Under the pieces are notes generated by a model, which was given only the letters and a program-made list of their open reading frames with translations, was not told where the DNA came from and made no database searches. Of a DNA stretch of 64,000 nucleotides, positions 33,201-40,999 are shown piece after piece. Every line of letters starts with the position of its first letter. The stretch's first letter is position 1. Origin of the DNA: Galbibacter sp. GTDB taxonomy: Bacteria; Bacteroidota; Bacteroidia; Flavobacteriales; Flavobacteriaceae. The position numbers and the translations under genes were made by a program. The stretch is from assembly GCF_048266365.1 (NCBI RefSeq), contig NZ_JBLWZP010000010.1, forward strand, positions 50,459 to 114,458. The letters are read 5' to 3'.

Positions 33201-33351
33201 TATCAGAGTGTATGTATCGGCAGAGAACCTGTTAACCATTACTAATATTTCTGATGTTTTTGATCCTGAGGCCACAGGTGGAAGATGGGGGAATGGGAAA
33301 ATTTACCCACTTCAAAAATCAATTGCAATTGGTCTAAATGTTGAATTTTAA
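30238..33351 (+). CDS. SusC/RagA-family TonB-dependent outer-membrane transporter
   Basis: 1037 aa. Signal peptide, CarboxypepD_reg-like N-domain, DEVVLVGYG TonB box/plug, C-terminal beta-barrel ending in F. Confidence 0.93.
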   Translation: MKNLILLFCVFCSCIPLVAQQNVITVKGQVMDTEMDSPIPGVNVLEKNTTNGTMTDFDGEFSITVKRGTTVTFSYIGYQTQEVLIKDDAPLSIGLTMSAENLDEVVLVGYGVQKKENLTGAVSTISAEKIENRPVTDVMQAIQGAAPGLQLTVGNSGGEPGASMNISIRGAGNLQGTGAPLVIVDDIPLNNPSDMNDINPNDIESISVLKDAASSAIYGSRAAFGVILIKTKSGTATDGHKFNYSNNFSYSSPLNLPEMMNSLEFAEYFNLAATNGGRSVLFTEDVIGRIKAYMNDPVNTPVTVPTEDGTRWQQYSGSNANTDWFDVMYKDIVLRKQHNLSFSGKQKDVSYHVAAGLLDAPGVMSYGDDSYKRYNLNAKFTAKMTDWFRFNVNMRMARIDQERPSYDPGLYLHNIARRWPTNGVVMPNGSFSDGSEIPFIVDGGRRNSESYNSNLSLNLIFEPIKDLKLTTSLLYRNYHTEIQSHSAKVSVTEPDGAERLIRQNNSINNYASKNTYISPNLVVSYKKSINNAHNFDGLIGFQQEETKYNSLSGSKDDLITESVPSIRTAVGEDYVDATLGSYVTRGYFGRIGYNYKEKYLLEVNGRYDASSRFAEDMRWDFFPSISVGYNVAKEGFWNIDAISTFKLRYSTGSIGNQNVANYLYIGRMPIRTNLWWLTDSGRPNYTLTPGLISPDITWETVSTDNYGLDISALNQRLDLTFELFKRTTENMFGPAERYPALLGTGAPQSNNASLETKGFELSANWRDNIGDFGYNIGFIVSDAVTKVTEYSNPNNLLNTYRVGEELGEIWGFETVGLYQSQAEIDNGPDQSAIWGGDWQPGDVQYVDQNGDNIIDYGDSTLDNPGDRVIIGNSTPRYTYSINGGMNYKGIDFSMFWQGVGKRDLWTGGAYTYGAVGNQWQSAGLKSHLDHWTEDNPNGFYPRPTFNNAERNQQTQTRYLQDASYLRLKNVTLGYSFSDQILERLRMERIRVYVSAENLLTITNISDVFDPEATGGRWGNGKIYPLQKSIAIGLNVEF

Positions 33352-33362
33352 AACTAGCTCTA

Positions 33363-35093
33363 ATGAAAAAATATAATATACTATCATTTGTTCTTATAGC
33401 CGTGTTTATTACTTCTTGTAGTAATGACTTTTTGAACAGGCTTCCGGAAGATGAGATATCTCCAGAACAATATTGGAAAACAGAGAATGATTTGAAATTG
33501 TTCTTGAATCAATTTTATACGGCCTTCCCTGTGCATAACGGTTGGAATGGAGGGATATTCGAATTCGATAACAACAGCGATAACCTGTTACCTCAAAACA
33601 TTAACGAACGATTTGTCGGGAATAATAATATCGCTCCCAGTTCTGATAATTCATGGAACTTCGGCAATATTCGTGATGTGAATTATTATTTGGAAAACGC
33701 TGTAAATGCGCAAGGACCTGAAGATTTAATTAACCATTATAATGGGGAGGCTTATTTCTTTAGAGCGTATTTCTATTTTAGACTTCTAAAAAGATTTGGA
33801 GGAGTTCCTTACATTGATAAAACTCTTAATGTGGATTCTCCAGAACTCTTGATGCCAAGGCTTCCTAGAAATGAATTGGCAGCTAAGATTATGGAAGACT
33901 TAGATCGCGCCTTAGCTTTGTTATTGCCAAAGAGTGGCGTTGAAAACTTTAGAGTGCACAGAGGAGTGGCTCTAGCCTTCAAATCTGAGGTTGGTTTGTA
34001 TGAAGGTACATGGGAGAAATATCATGACGGGACACCTTTCGGTGCTCCTGTGAATGAAAGTAAAAAGTTTCTTACTCTAGCTGCACAGGCTGCTGAAACA
34101 ATGATATCAGAAGGACATTACAATTTGTTTAATGACGGTACAGAGGATACCTATAGAGTATTGTTTAACCGTTATGATTACAGTAACGTTGATGAAGTTA
34201 TTTTTTGGAAAAAGTATAGTGTAGCTGATGGTGTAGCGCACCGTGTAAGCCACTACATTCCGCAGAATGGTTCAGGAACAGGGTTGACAAAATCTTTAGT
34301 TGAATCTTATTTGTGTAAAGATGGTTTACCTATCTCATTAAGCCCTTTATATGGTACTGAAAGTGAAACTAGCTTAACCGCTATCGTTGAGAATAGAGAT
34401 CCACGACTTGTACAAACTATTTGTACACCAGGGGCTTTGATTACTGAAAGAGCTTCACAAGATGACATCTACTTTGAGTATCCCGCCTTTAGAGAAAACG
34501 GAGAGACAGTTTCTACTACAGGGTTTCAAATTTACAAAGGAGGTTCTCTTGATGAGAGTGAAAAGGTTGAATCCTCAACTGGCGCTATTATTTATAGATA
34601 TGCTGAAGTGCTACTAAATTTTGCAGAAGCAAAGGCAGAACTTGGAACTCTCACTCAGGCTGATTTGGATAAATCCATCAACTTGTTAAGAAATAGAGTT
34701 GGAATGCCTCCAATGTCTATAATTCCAACTGTGGATCCTAATAAATTATTTCCAGAGCTAAGTGATCTAATCAATGAAGTGAGAAGAGAGCGTAGAGTTG
34801 AGTTGGCCTTGGAAGGAAAGCGATTTGATGATTTAATGCGTTGGAGAGCACATGATCTTTACCAAAACAAAAGATTCTTAGGGTTCAAAATCCAAGGAAG
34901 TGATATGGAAACTGAATTCTCTGATTTGATTGGAAGTTCAATTCTGGTAAATGCAGATGGGTATATCGATCCTTATATGAATATCATTCCAAATGGTTTT
35001 GGTTTTGATGAAAACAGAGATTACCTAGCAGCAATTCCAACAGAACAGATTGTTCTAAGTGATAACACTTTAGAACAGAACCCTGGTTGGTAG
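33363..35093 (+). CDS. SusD/RagB-family nutrient-binding lipoprotein
   Basis: 576 aa. Lipobox ITSCS, RAYFYFRLLKRFGGVPY and ERRVELALEGKRFDDLMRW motifs. Lies 11 nt after susC. Confidence 0.92.
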   Translation: MKKYNILSFVLIAVFITSCSNDFLNRLPEDEISPEQYWKTENDLKLFLNQFYTAFPVHNGWNGGIFEFDNNSDNLLPQNINERFVGNNNIAPSSDNSWNFGNIRDVNYYLENAVNAQGPEDLINHYNGEAYFFRAYFYFRLLKRFGGVPYIDKTLNVDSPELLMPRLPRNELAAKIMEDLDRALALLLPKSGVENFRVHRGVALAFKSEVGLYEGTWEKYHDGTPFGAPVNESKKFLTLAAQAAETMISEGHYNLFNDGTEDTYRVLFNRYDYSNVDEVIFWKKYSVADGVAHRVSHYIPQNGSGTGLTKSLVESYLCKDGLPISLSPLYGTESETSLTAIVENRDPRLVQTICTPGALITERASQDDIYFEYPAFRENGETVSTTGFQIYKGGSLDESEKVESSTGAIIYRYAEVLLNFAEAKAELGTLTQADLDKSINLLRNRVGMPPMSIIPTVDPNKLFPELSDLINEVRRERRVELALEGKRFDDLMRWRAHDLYQNKRFLGFKIQGSDMETEFSDLIGSSILVNADGYIDPYMNIIPNGFGFDENRDYLAAIPTEQIVLSDNTLEQNPGW

Positions 35094-35188
35094 TTATGTT
35101 GCAATGAATATTAAACCACGAAGGACAAAAAAACTAAAGTTTGTTGTTGAAATTTAGGTTAGTTAGCTAGATATTTTGGCTAGTGGTT

Positions 35189-35234
35189 AATTTCCCGTTC
35201 TTGGATACATTCCTAAGGGCGGGAAATTTTTTTT
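35189..35234 (+). terminator. terminator after susD
   Basis: AATTTCCCG...CGGGAAATT stem followed by a T8 run. Confidence 0.5.
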
Positions 35235-35288
35235 GTCTACTATCAAAGGATAGCCAAGGGTATTGATTATCTCTGTGATATAAGAGAG

Positions 35289-37085
35289 CTAGTAATGTTC
35301 TTCTCCGTCGTCAAATGTTTTGGCTATTTTTTCGATATTCAGACTCCTGGCCATGGCATCAAAAATGTTTTTATATACGTACTGGTTGGCGTAGATCTCT
35401 TCATGAGTTCCAGACTCTGCGACACAACCATTTTCCATTACATAGATATGATCTGCATCTATAATTTGAGAGATACTATGCGATATTATAATAACCGTAC
35501 GATCTTTTTTGATGGCGTCTAAGCTGTTTTTAATTTGTTCGGTGGAAATGGCATCCAAACTTGCTGTCGGTTCGTCTAGAAAGATGATAGGAGGGTTTTT
35601 CAGGAACATCCGTGCGATGGCGATACGCTGTTGTTGTCCTCCGGAAAGTAATAGTGCATTGCTGTCAAATTGTCCAGGCAGTTCCATGATCTGCTTGTGG
35701 ATATAGGCTTGTTTTGCTGCATGCACCACCTGTTCTAGGGTAGCCTCAGGATTACCATAACGTATGTTGTCTGCTATGGAGCCACTGAAGATGTGGTTTT
35801 TTTGAAGTACTAAACCAATGTTATTTCTGATGAATTGTGTGTCATAGTCCTTTAGTGGGACACCATCTAAGTAGATTTCGCCACTTGAGGGCTGGTAAAA
35901 CTTATCTAGTAAATTAATGACGGTACTTTTTCCTGCACCACTAAGTCCGACTAAGGCTGTAATTTTATTTGGCTGAATTGTAATATTGATTTCCTTAAGT
36001 GCTTTTGTGCCGTTTGGGTAGGAGAAGTCTACATTTTTGGCCTCAAATTTTCCTGTGAGAAATTCTGGAATATAGCTTCCGGAGTTTTCAACTTCTTCCT
36101 CTGCGTTCATAATCTCAAAATAACTTTCAGAGTAGATCATTGCATCATTCATCTGATCAAATATGCGATGGAGTTGCCCGATTGGTGCGGTGACATTGTT
36201 AAACAGCATAATATGAAACATAATCATCCCGATACTCATATAACCTTGCAAAACAAGATAGGCAGTTAGTATAATAATGATTACAGTTCCGATTTGTTCT
36301 ACAAAGGTTTTGATGCCGTTAAATAGAAATCCGGTTCTCTGGGTCTTAAGCTGGTTATCCGTCATCTCAATCTGAATCGTGTTCTGTTTGTCAGATTCAA
36401 TGGCTTCGCGATTAAAGGACTTTATAACAGTAATTGATTGTATGATGTTGACAATACCCTGGCTTTTGCTTTCCCTGAATTCACGCATGTTTCTGCGCCA
36501 TCCACTGAGTGTTTTTGCTTGTTTTATAGTGATATATATATAAATAGGGACAATACACAGTCCTACTAAACCCACCCAAAAATTCGCATTGAACATCAGT
36601 ACTAGGGCAATAAAGGAATTGGCAAACAAGGGAAGTATATTGATAAAGAAATTTTGGACCAGTTGTGTAAGACTCCCAATTCCTCGATCGATTCTGGTTT
36701 GGAGCTTACCCGATTCATTCGAAGATGAGGTGTAGAATGACATGCGGTAGGATAAAATCTTATCAACGATGGTCAGGGCTAGATCTCTAGATACATAGAT
36801 CCTCAATTTCTCGCCGTAATATTTTTGTCCAAAGGTGATAAAGACATTTACAATCTCCTTGCTCAAGAGTATGATGGAGATGAAAATTAATATATTAAGC
36901 CCTTCTTTTAAACCAGCTCCTTCTTGAATTAGCGCATTAACTTCATCTACAGTATACTTGAGGGTTAGTGCATTCACCTGGGCGGTAAAGGAGCCGATCA
37001 GTGTTAGAAATAATGCGGCAAAGACCAACCAACCATAGGGTTTGACAAAAGGCCATATATTTTTAAATAATTGTGGTAGTGTCAT
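35289..37085 (-). CDS. ABC exporter, fused permease/ATPase
   Basis: 598 aa. Walker A GLSGAGKST, signature LSGGQQQR, Walker B IIFLDEPTA. Confidence 0.9.
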   Translation of the reverse strand: MTLPQLFKNIWPFVKPYGWLVFAALFLTLIGSFTAQVNALTLKYTVDEVNALIQEGAGLKEGLNILIFISIILLSKEIVNVFITFGQKYYGEKLRIYVSRDLALTIVDKILSYRMSFYTSSSNESGKLQTRIDRGIGSLTQLVQNFFINILPLFANSFIALVLMFNANFWVGLVGLCIVPIYIYITIKQAKTLSGWRRNMREFRESKSQGIVNIIQSITVIKSFNREAIESDKQNTIQIEMTDNQLKTQRTGFLFNGIKTFVEQIGTVIIIILTAYLVLQGYMSIGMIMFHIMLFNNVTAPIGQLHRIFDQMNDAMIYSESYFEIMNAEEEVENSGSYIPEFLTGKFEAKNVDFSYPNGTKALKEINITIQPNKITALVGLSGAGKSTVINLLDKFYQPSSGEIYLDGVPLKDYDTQFIRNNIGLVLQKNHIFSGSIADNIRYGNPEATLEQVVHAAKQAYIHKQIMELPGQFDSNALLLSGGQQQRIAIARMFLKNPPIIFLDEPTASLDAISTEQIKNSLDAIKKDRTVIIISHSISQIIDADHIYVMENGCVAESGTHEEIYANQYVYKNIFDAMARSLNIEKIAKTFDDGEEHY

Positions 37086-37135
37086 TTCAATACTGCTGAT
37101 GCATCCAAAGATATTTAATTCTTATGTAGGAGGAG

Positions 37136-37176
37136 GGAAAAAATAGAGCCTTTAGTAAATTGAGTACTAAAGGCTC
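37136..37176 (-). terminator. terminator after nrdA
   Basis: GAGCCTTTAGTA-N7-TACTAAAGGCTC perfect 12-bp stem, followed on the minus strand by TATTTTTT. Confidence 0.55.
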
Positions 37177-37254
37177 CTGAAAAATTTAAATCAAATTTAA
37201 AACAGCGTTAATCAGCAAAATTGCTGCATTGTAATTAACCGTATTAAGTTTCGG

Positions 37255-39045
37255 CTATGCTTCACAGCTCGCACATTCTTTTTTCTGTTTAAATTTCTGA
37301 GCCGCATTCATACTGTGTTGATAGTACAGGGATTTTAGTCCTAGTTTCCACGCAGTGACGTGAATGTTGTTGATCTGTTTCACAGGCATCTCCGGATGTA
37401 CAATGATATTTACAGACTGGCCTTGGTCAATAAATGGTTGACGTCCGGCAGCTTGATATATAACATCCAACTGATCAATTTCAGAATAGGTTTTAAACAC
37501 TTCTTTTTCTAGTTCGCTTAAGAAATCTAAATGTTGAACAGAACCATCCATATCTCTGATACTTCTCCATACTTCGATGTCGTTTTGTCCTTTAGACTCT
37601 AACAATTCTTCCAAGAATGGATTTTTAATGGTAGTTTTGATTTTAGCGATATCTTTTACATAGATATTGGACCAAATTGGCTCAATTCCTTGTGATACTT
37701 GTCCTAAGATAAAAGCAGATGAAGTTGTAGGAGCGATAGCGTTTAAAGTGGCGTTACGTCTTCCGTAACCTTTTAATACTGCCGGCTCACCAAATTTCTC
37801 TGCCAGTTCTTTTGATGCTTTATAAGAGCGATCTTGTATGGTTTTAAAGATTTCGTGGTTGAGGTCAAATGCTTTTTGTGAGTTAAAAGGTAACATTCTG
37901 GATTGTAAAAGTGAATGCCATCCTAATACACCTAATCCTAACGCACGGTTTTCTTTAGCAAAATTATAAGCTCTTTCCATAAACAGGAAAGTTTGACGAT
38001 CTTCTCTGTCTTCAGAATCTTTGTATACTTCCAGTTTTTCAATAAACTCGGAGATCACAGCATCCAAGAAGTAAATCATGGTTTCTACCGCGTCTGTATC
38101 TTTCCATTTGTCGTAATGCAACACATTAACACTGGATAGGACACATACGAAAGACCAGTTATCATTAGATGGCAACATGATTTCTGTACAAAGGTTGCTG
38201 GCATAGATGCGGTGGTTTTTATCCTTATAAGCATCTACACTACCATTATTGGCGTTGTCTGAGAAGAAGATATACGGATATCCCATTTCCGCACGGCTTT
38301 GTAATACTTTAGCCCAGAGCGTTCTCTTTTCAACATCACCTCCAATCATATCTTCCATCCACTGATTGCTCACGGTAACTCCATGAGTCAATTGTTGAAT
38401 TGGATTTCCTTCAGTTCCTATTTCAAGAAACTCCTTAATATCCTTGTGGTCGATAGGTAAGTAAGGTGAGAAACGGCCTCTACGTACCGATCCTTGGCTT
38501 ACCACGTCTACCATTGATTCAAATAATTGCATGATATGAACAGCACCGGAAGCCTCTCCGTTATTCTTAACAGGAGCACCGCGATGTCTTATTTTACCAA
38601 AGTAGCCGGAGGTTCCACCTCCAAGTTTGGACATCATCCCCACCTCAGATTGAGTGTATAGAATGTTCCCCATATCATCATCGATATGAGATCCAAAACA
38701 GCTAATTGGAAGCCCTCTTTCTTTTCCGAAATTTGACCAAACTGGAGAGGCCAAGGAAAAGAAACCTTCGGACATATAGTTATAGAACTTATCTGCGTAG
38801 CCGTCTATTTTTAGAATTTGTTCGGCGCGATTTGCTATTTCTCGTATCCTAGCTTTTGGAGTAACACCCTCGGTCAAATAACCGGAAGCCAAGAATTGTT
38901 GGCTGTGTTCATTCAGCCACTTAAAACCTTCATCACTTGTCTTTGACGTACCGGCTAAAAAGCCTTTACGTGCATCGATCAATTGTTGTGCGTTATTGTC
39001 TAAAGTTTCGGTTTGGGGCTGATGATTGAGTGTTTTCTTTTCCAT
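37255..39045 (-). CDS. nrdA: ribonucleoside-diphosphate reductase alpha subunit, short form without ATP-cone
   Basis: 596 aa. SNLCTEI thiyl-radical loop, PISCFGS, C-terminal Cys pair CASCEA. No KRDG-type ATP-cone at the N-terminus. Confidence 0.92.
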   Translation of the reverse strand: MEKKTLNHQPQTETLDNNAQQLIDARKGFLAGTSKTSDEGFKWLNEHSQQFLASGYLTEGVTPKARIREIANRAEQILKIDGYADKFYNYMSEGFFSLASPVWSNFGKERGLPISCFGSHIDDDMGNILYTQSEVGMMSKLGGGTSGYFGKIRHRGAPVKNNGEASGAVHIMQLFESMVDVVSQGSVRRGRFSPYLPIDHKDIKEFLEIGTEGNPIQQLTHGVTVSNQWMEDMIGGDVEKRTLWAKVLQSRAEMGYPYIFFSDNANNGSVDAYKDKNHRIYASNLCTEIMLPSNDNWSFVCVLSSVNVLHYDKWKDTDAVETMIYFLDAVISEFIEKLEVYKDSEDREDRQTFLFMERAYNFAKENRALGLGVLGWHSLLQSRMLPFNSQKAFDLNHEIFKTIQDRSYKASKELAEKFGEPAVLKGYGRRNATLNAIAPTTSSAFILGQVSQGIEPIWSNIYVKDIAKIKTTIKNPFLEELLESKGQNDIEVWRSIRDMDGSVQHLDFLSELEKEVFKTYSEIDQLDVIYQAAGRQPFIDQGQSVNIIVHPEMPVKQINNIHVTAWKLGLKSLYYQHSMNAAQKFKQKKECASCEA

Positions 39046-39048
39046 ATA

Positions 39049-40323
39049 CTAAAATAAATCGTCACTGGTTATACTTTGTGTTCTTTTGCTATAATTGATA
39101 GATCGTTTTACGAAGAAGTCACCGTGCTTAGTGCCGATGATTTCGTCGTCAAACCATTCTGTTTCTGCCAATAATTTTTCGTCAACTTCAAAAACTTCTT
39201 TGATACCTATACTTGCTAGGGATTTGTTGAAACGATTTTTGATGAATTCATTAACAACATCTTTTGCTAAGAAATCCAGTTCTCCGTCTTCGAATATCCA
39301 ATCCACAATTTTACTTTCAGCGGTGAAGGCGTCTTCACATAATTGCTGAATAAGTAGTTCGTATGATTTGTCGAACCATTCAGGATGTTCTTCTTTGATA
39401 ATATTAATGATGTCAATACCAAAGTCTCCGTGGATTTGTTCTTCCTTAGAAGTAGCTTCCACTACGTTTGAAATCCCTTTAAGCATATTCTTATGCTTAT
39501 TGAAGGCCATGATAATCAAAAATTGTGAGAATAGAGAAACATGCTCTATAAAAAGAGAGAACAATAAAATTGACTCTGTGTATTGTTTGCTGTCTTCACT
39601 TTTTGAATTTTTAAGAGCTGATTCTAAATACTGAACTCTTCTCATGATGACAGGCTTTTTCTTAAGCTCTTCAAATTCCTTATTCAACCCTAGAATTTCT
39701 AATAGGTGAGAATAAGCATCGTGGTGTCTTACTTCGCTTTCTGCAAAGGTTGCTCCTACGGATCCAATCTCTGGTTTAGGCATTCTGTGATAGATGTCAC
39801 CCCAGAATGACTTAACGGCAACCTCGATTTGTGAGATGGCCAACATAGTGTTTTTGATGACACTTTGTTCTACAGGTGTTAAATTTGATTTGAAATCCTG
39901 TATATCACTTGTAAAATTAAATTCAGTGTGTATCCAATATGAATGACGTATCGCTGGAACATATTCGTAAAGTTGCGGGTACTCATAGGGTTTCAAATTT
40001 ACACGCTTCTCGAAGATATTACTTTTTCTACCCTGCGCCTGTTTATTCCTATATATTATATATGCCTTGGCAACATCGTGAAATTCACTTGCCATTAATT
40101 TTTCTTCCACCACATCCTGAACTTCTTCTACTGTGGGGATATAATCATGATGTTGCTGACTTCTGTCTAGCAACGCCTGATTTACACTCTCGGCTATGCG
40201 ATTTGCATCCTCTTCCTGTCCATGACCAATGGCTTCCATGGCCTTGAGGATCGCCTTGCTTATTTTGTTGAGTTCGAAGGGTTTTTGAGTAAAATCCCTC
40301 TTAATAATGCGGGTAATTGTCAT
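39049..40323 (-). CDS. nrdB: ribonucleotide reductase beta (radical-generating) subunit with N-terminal ATP-cone
   Basis: Start placed at ATG 40323. The first ~95 aa are an ATP-cone (IIKRDFTQKPFELNKISKAI...VAKAYIIYRNKQ). A ferritin-like core follows with ligand motifs ISQIE, EVRHH..Y, FIEH and EQIH. Confidence 0.9.
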   Translation of the reverse strand: MTITRIIKRDFTQKPFELNKISKAILKAMEAIGHGQEEDANRIAESVNQALLDRSQQHHDYIPTVEEVQDVVEEKLMASEFHDVAKAYIIYRNKQAQGRKSNIFEKRVNLKPYEYPQLYEYVPAIRHSYWIHTEFNFTSDIQDFKSNLTPVEQSVIKNTMLAISQIEVAVKSFWGDIYHRMPKPEIGSVGATFAESEVRHHDAYSHLLEILGLNKEFEELKKKPVIMRRVQYLESALKNSKSEDSKQYTESILLFSLFIEHVSLFSQFLIIMAFNKHKNMLKGISNVVEATSKEEQIHGDFGIDIINIIKEEHPEWFDKSYELLIQQLCEDAFTAESKIVDWIFEDGELDFLAKDVVNEFIKNRFNKSLASIGIKEVFEVDEKLLAETEWFDDEIIGTKHGDFFVKRSINYSKRTQSITSDDLF

Positions 40324-40999
40324 AACTGAATGGATAAAAAAATTGATTTCAAAACGAATAATGTAAAGGTCAGAATAATTTACGCACAAAACCATAGCCC
40401 TTGATTTATGTTCTCAACATTTTATCAACAGTTTTTAAAATATTATATTAATACATTGATTTACAGTTTATTAATCTGTAAAAATAGAAAACACAAACCT
40501 TAGAACTTGTGGTGATTTACACCTGGAATTCAGTAGTAAAAATAGCCTCAAATGCAATGGGATCAGGGTGGAGCGCATTATAAATATTTCTAAAAACAAT
40601 TTTTTTGGAAATAGATGGATTTTGGACTTTTTCTTCACAATTGAAGTGCAATTCCGTCTAAGTGAAGGCGAAATAATTACGCCGCATTTTAGTTAATTTT
40701 TAGCATTGTAATTGCGAACTTTTCTTTCTTGTTGTTTCTTTTTAATGATCTTAATAATTTTTTATGTTAATATTGGAAATTTTGTTAGTCTTTTATGTAA
40801 AATAGTTAAACGAAATTAACTTAACTTACTTTATGTTTCATTTGAATTTCAAAATCTTACTTTACTCTTGTATATTTATTATTAAATGAAAATTTTAAGA
40901 CTATATTATTTTGTTTAATAGAAGTATTTTATACTTTTATCCGCTAAATGAAACAAATTTTGTTTTCTAAATCTATTTAATTTAATAAGCTTAAACTTT

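Noticed and set aside
40324-40395. 24-codon extension upstream of the nrdB ATP-cone (MVLCVNYSDLYIIRFEINFFIHSV).
   Set aside because: The sequence is hydrophobic and low-complexity and does not look like a protein. ATP-cone domains start right at the N-terminus, so ATG 40323 is the better start.
40396-40620. Possible cobalamin or other riboswitch in the nrdB 5' leader.
   Set aside because: Reading the minus strand, I found no B12-box-like GCCACTG core or other recognisable riboswitch signature. This needs a covariance-model scan to be certain.
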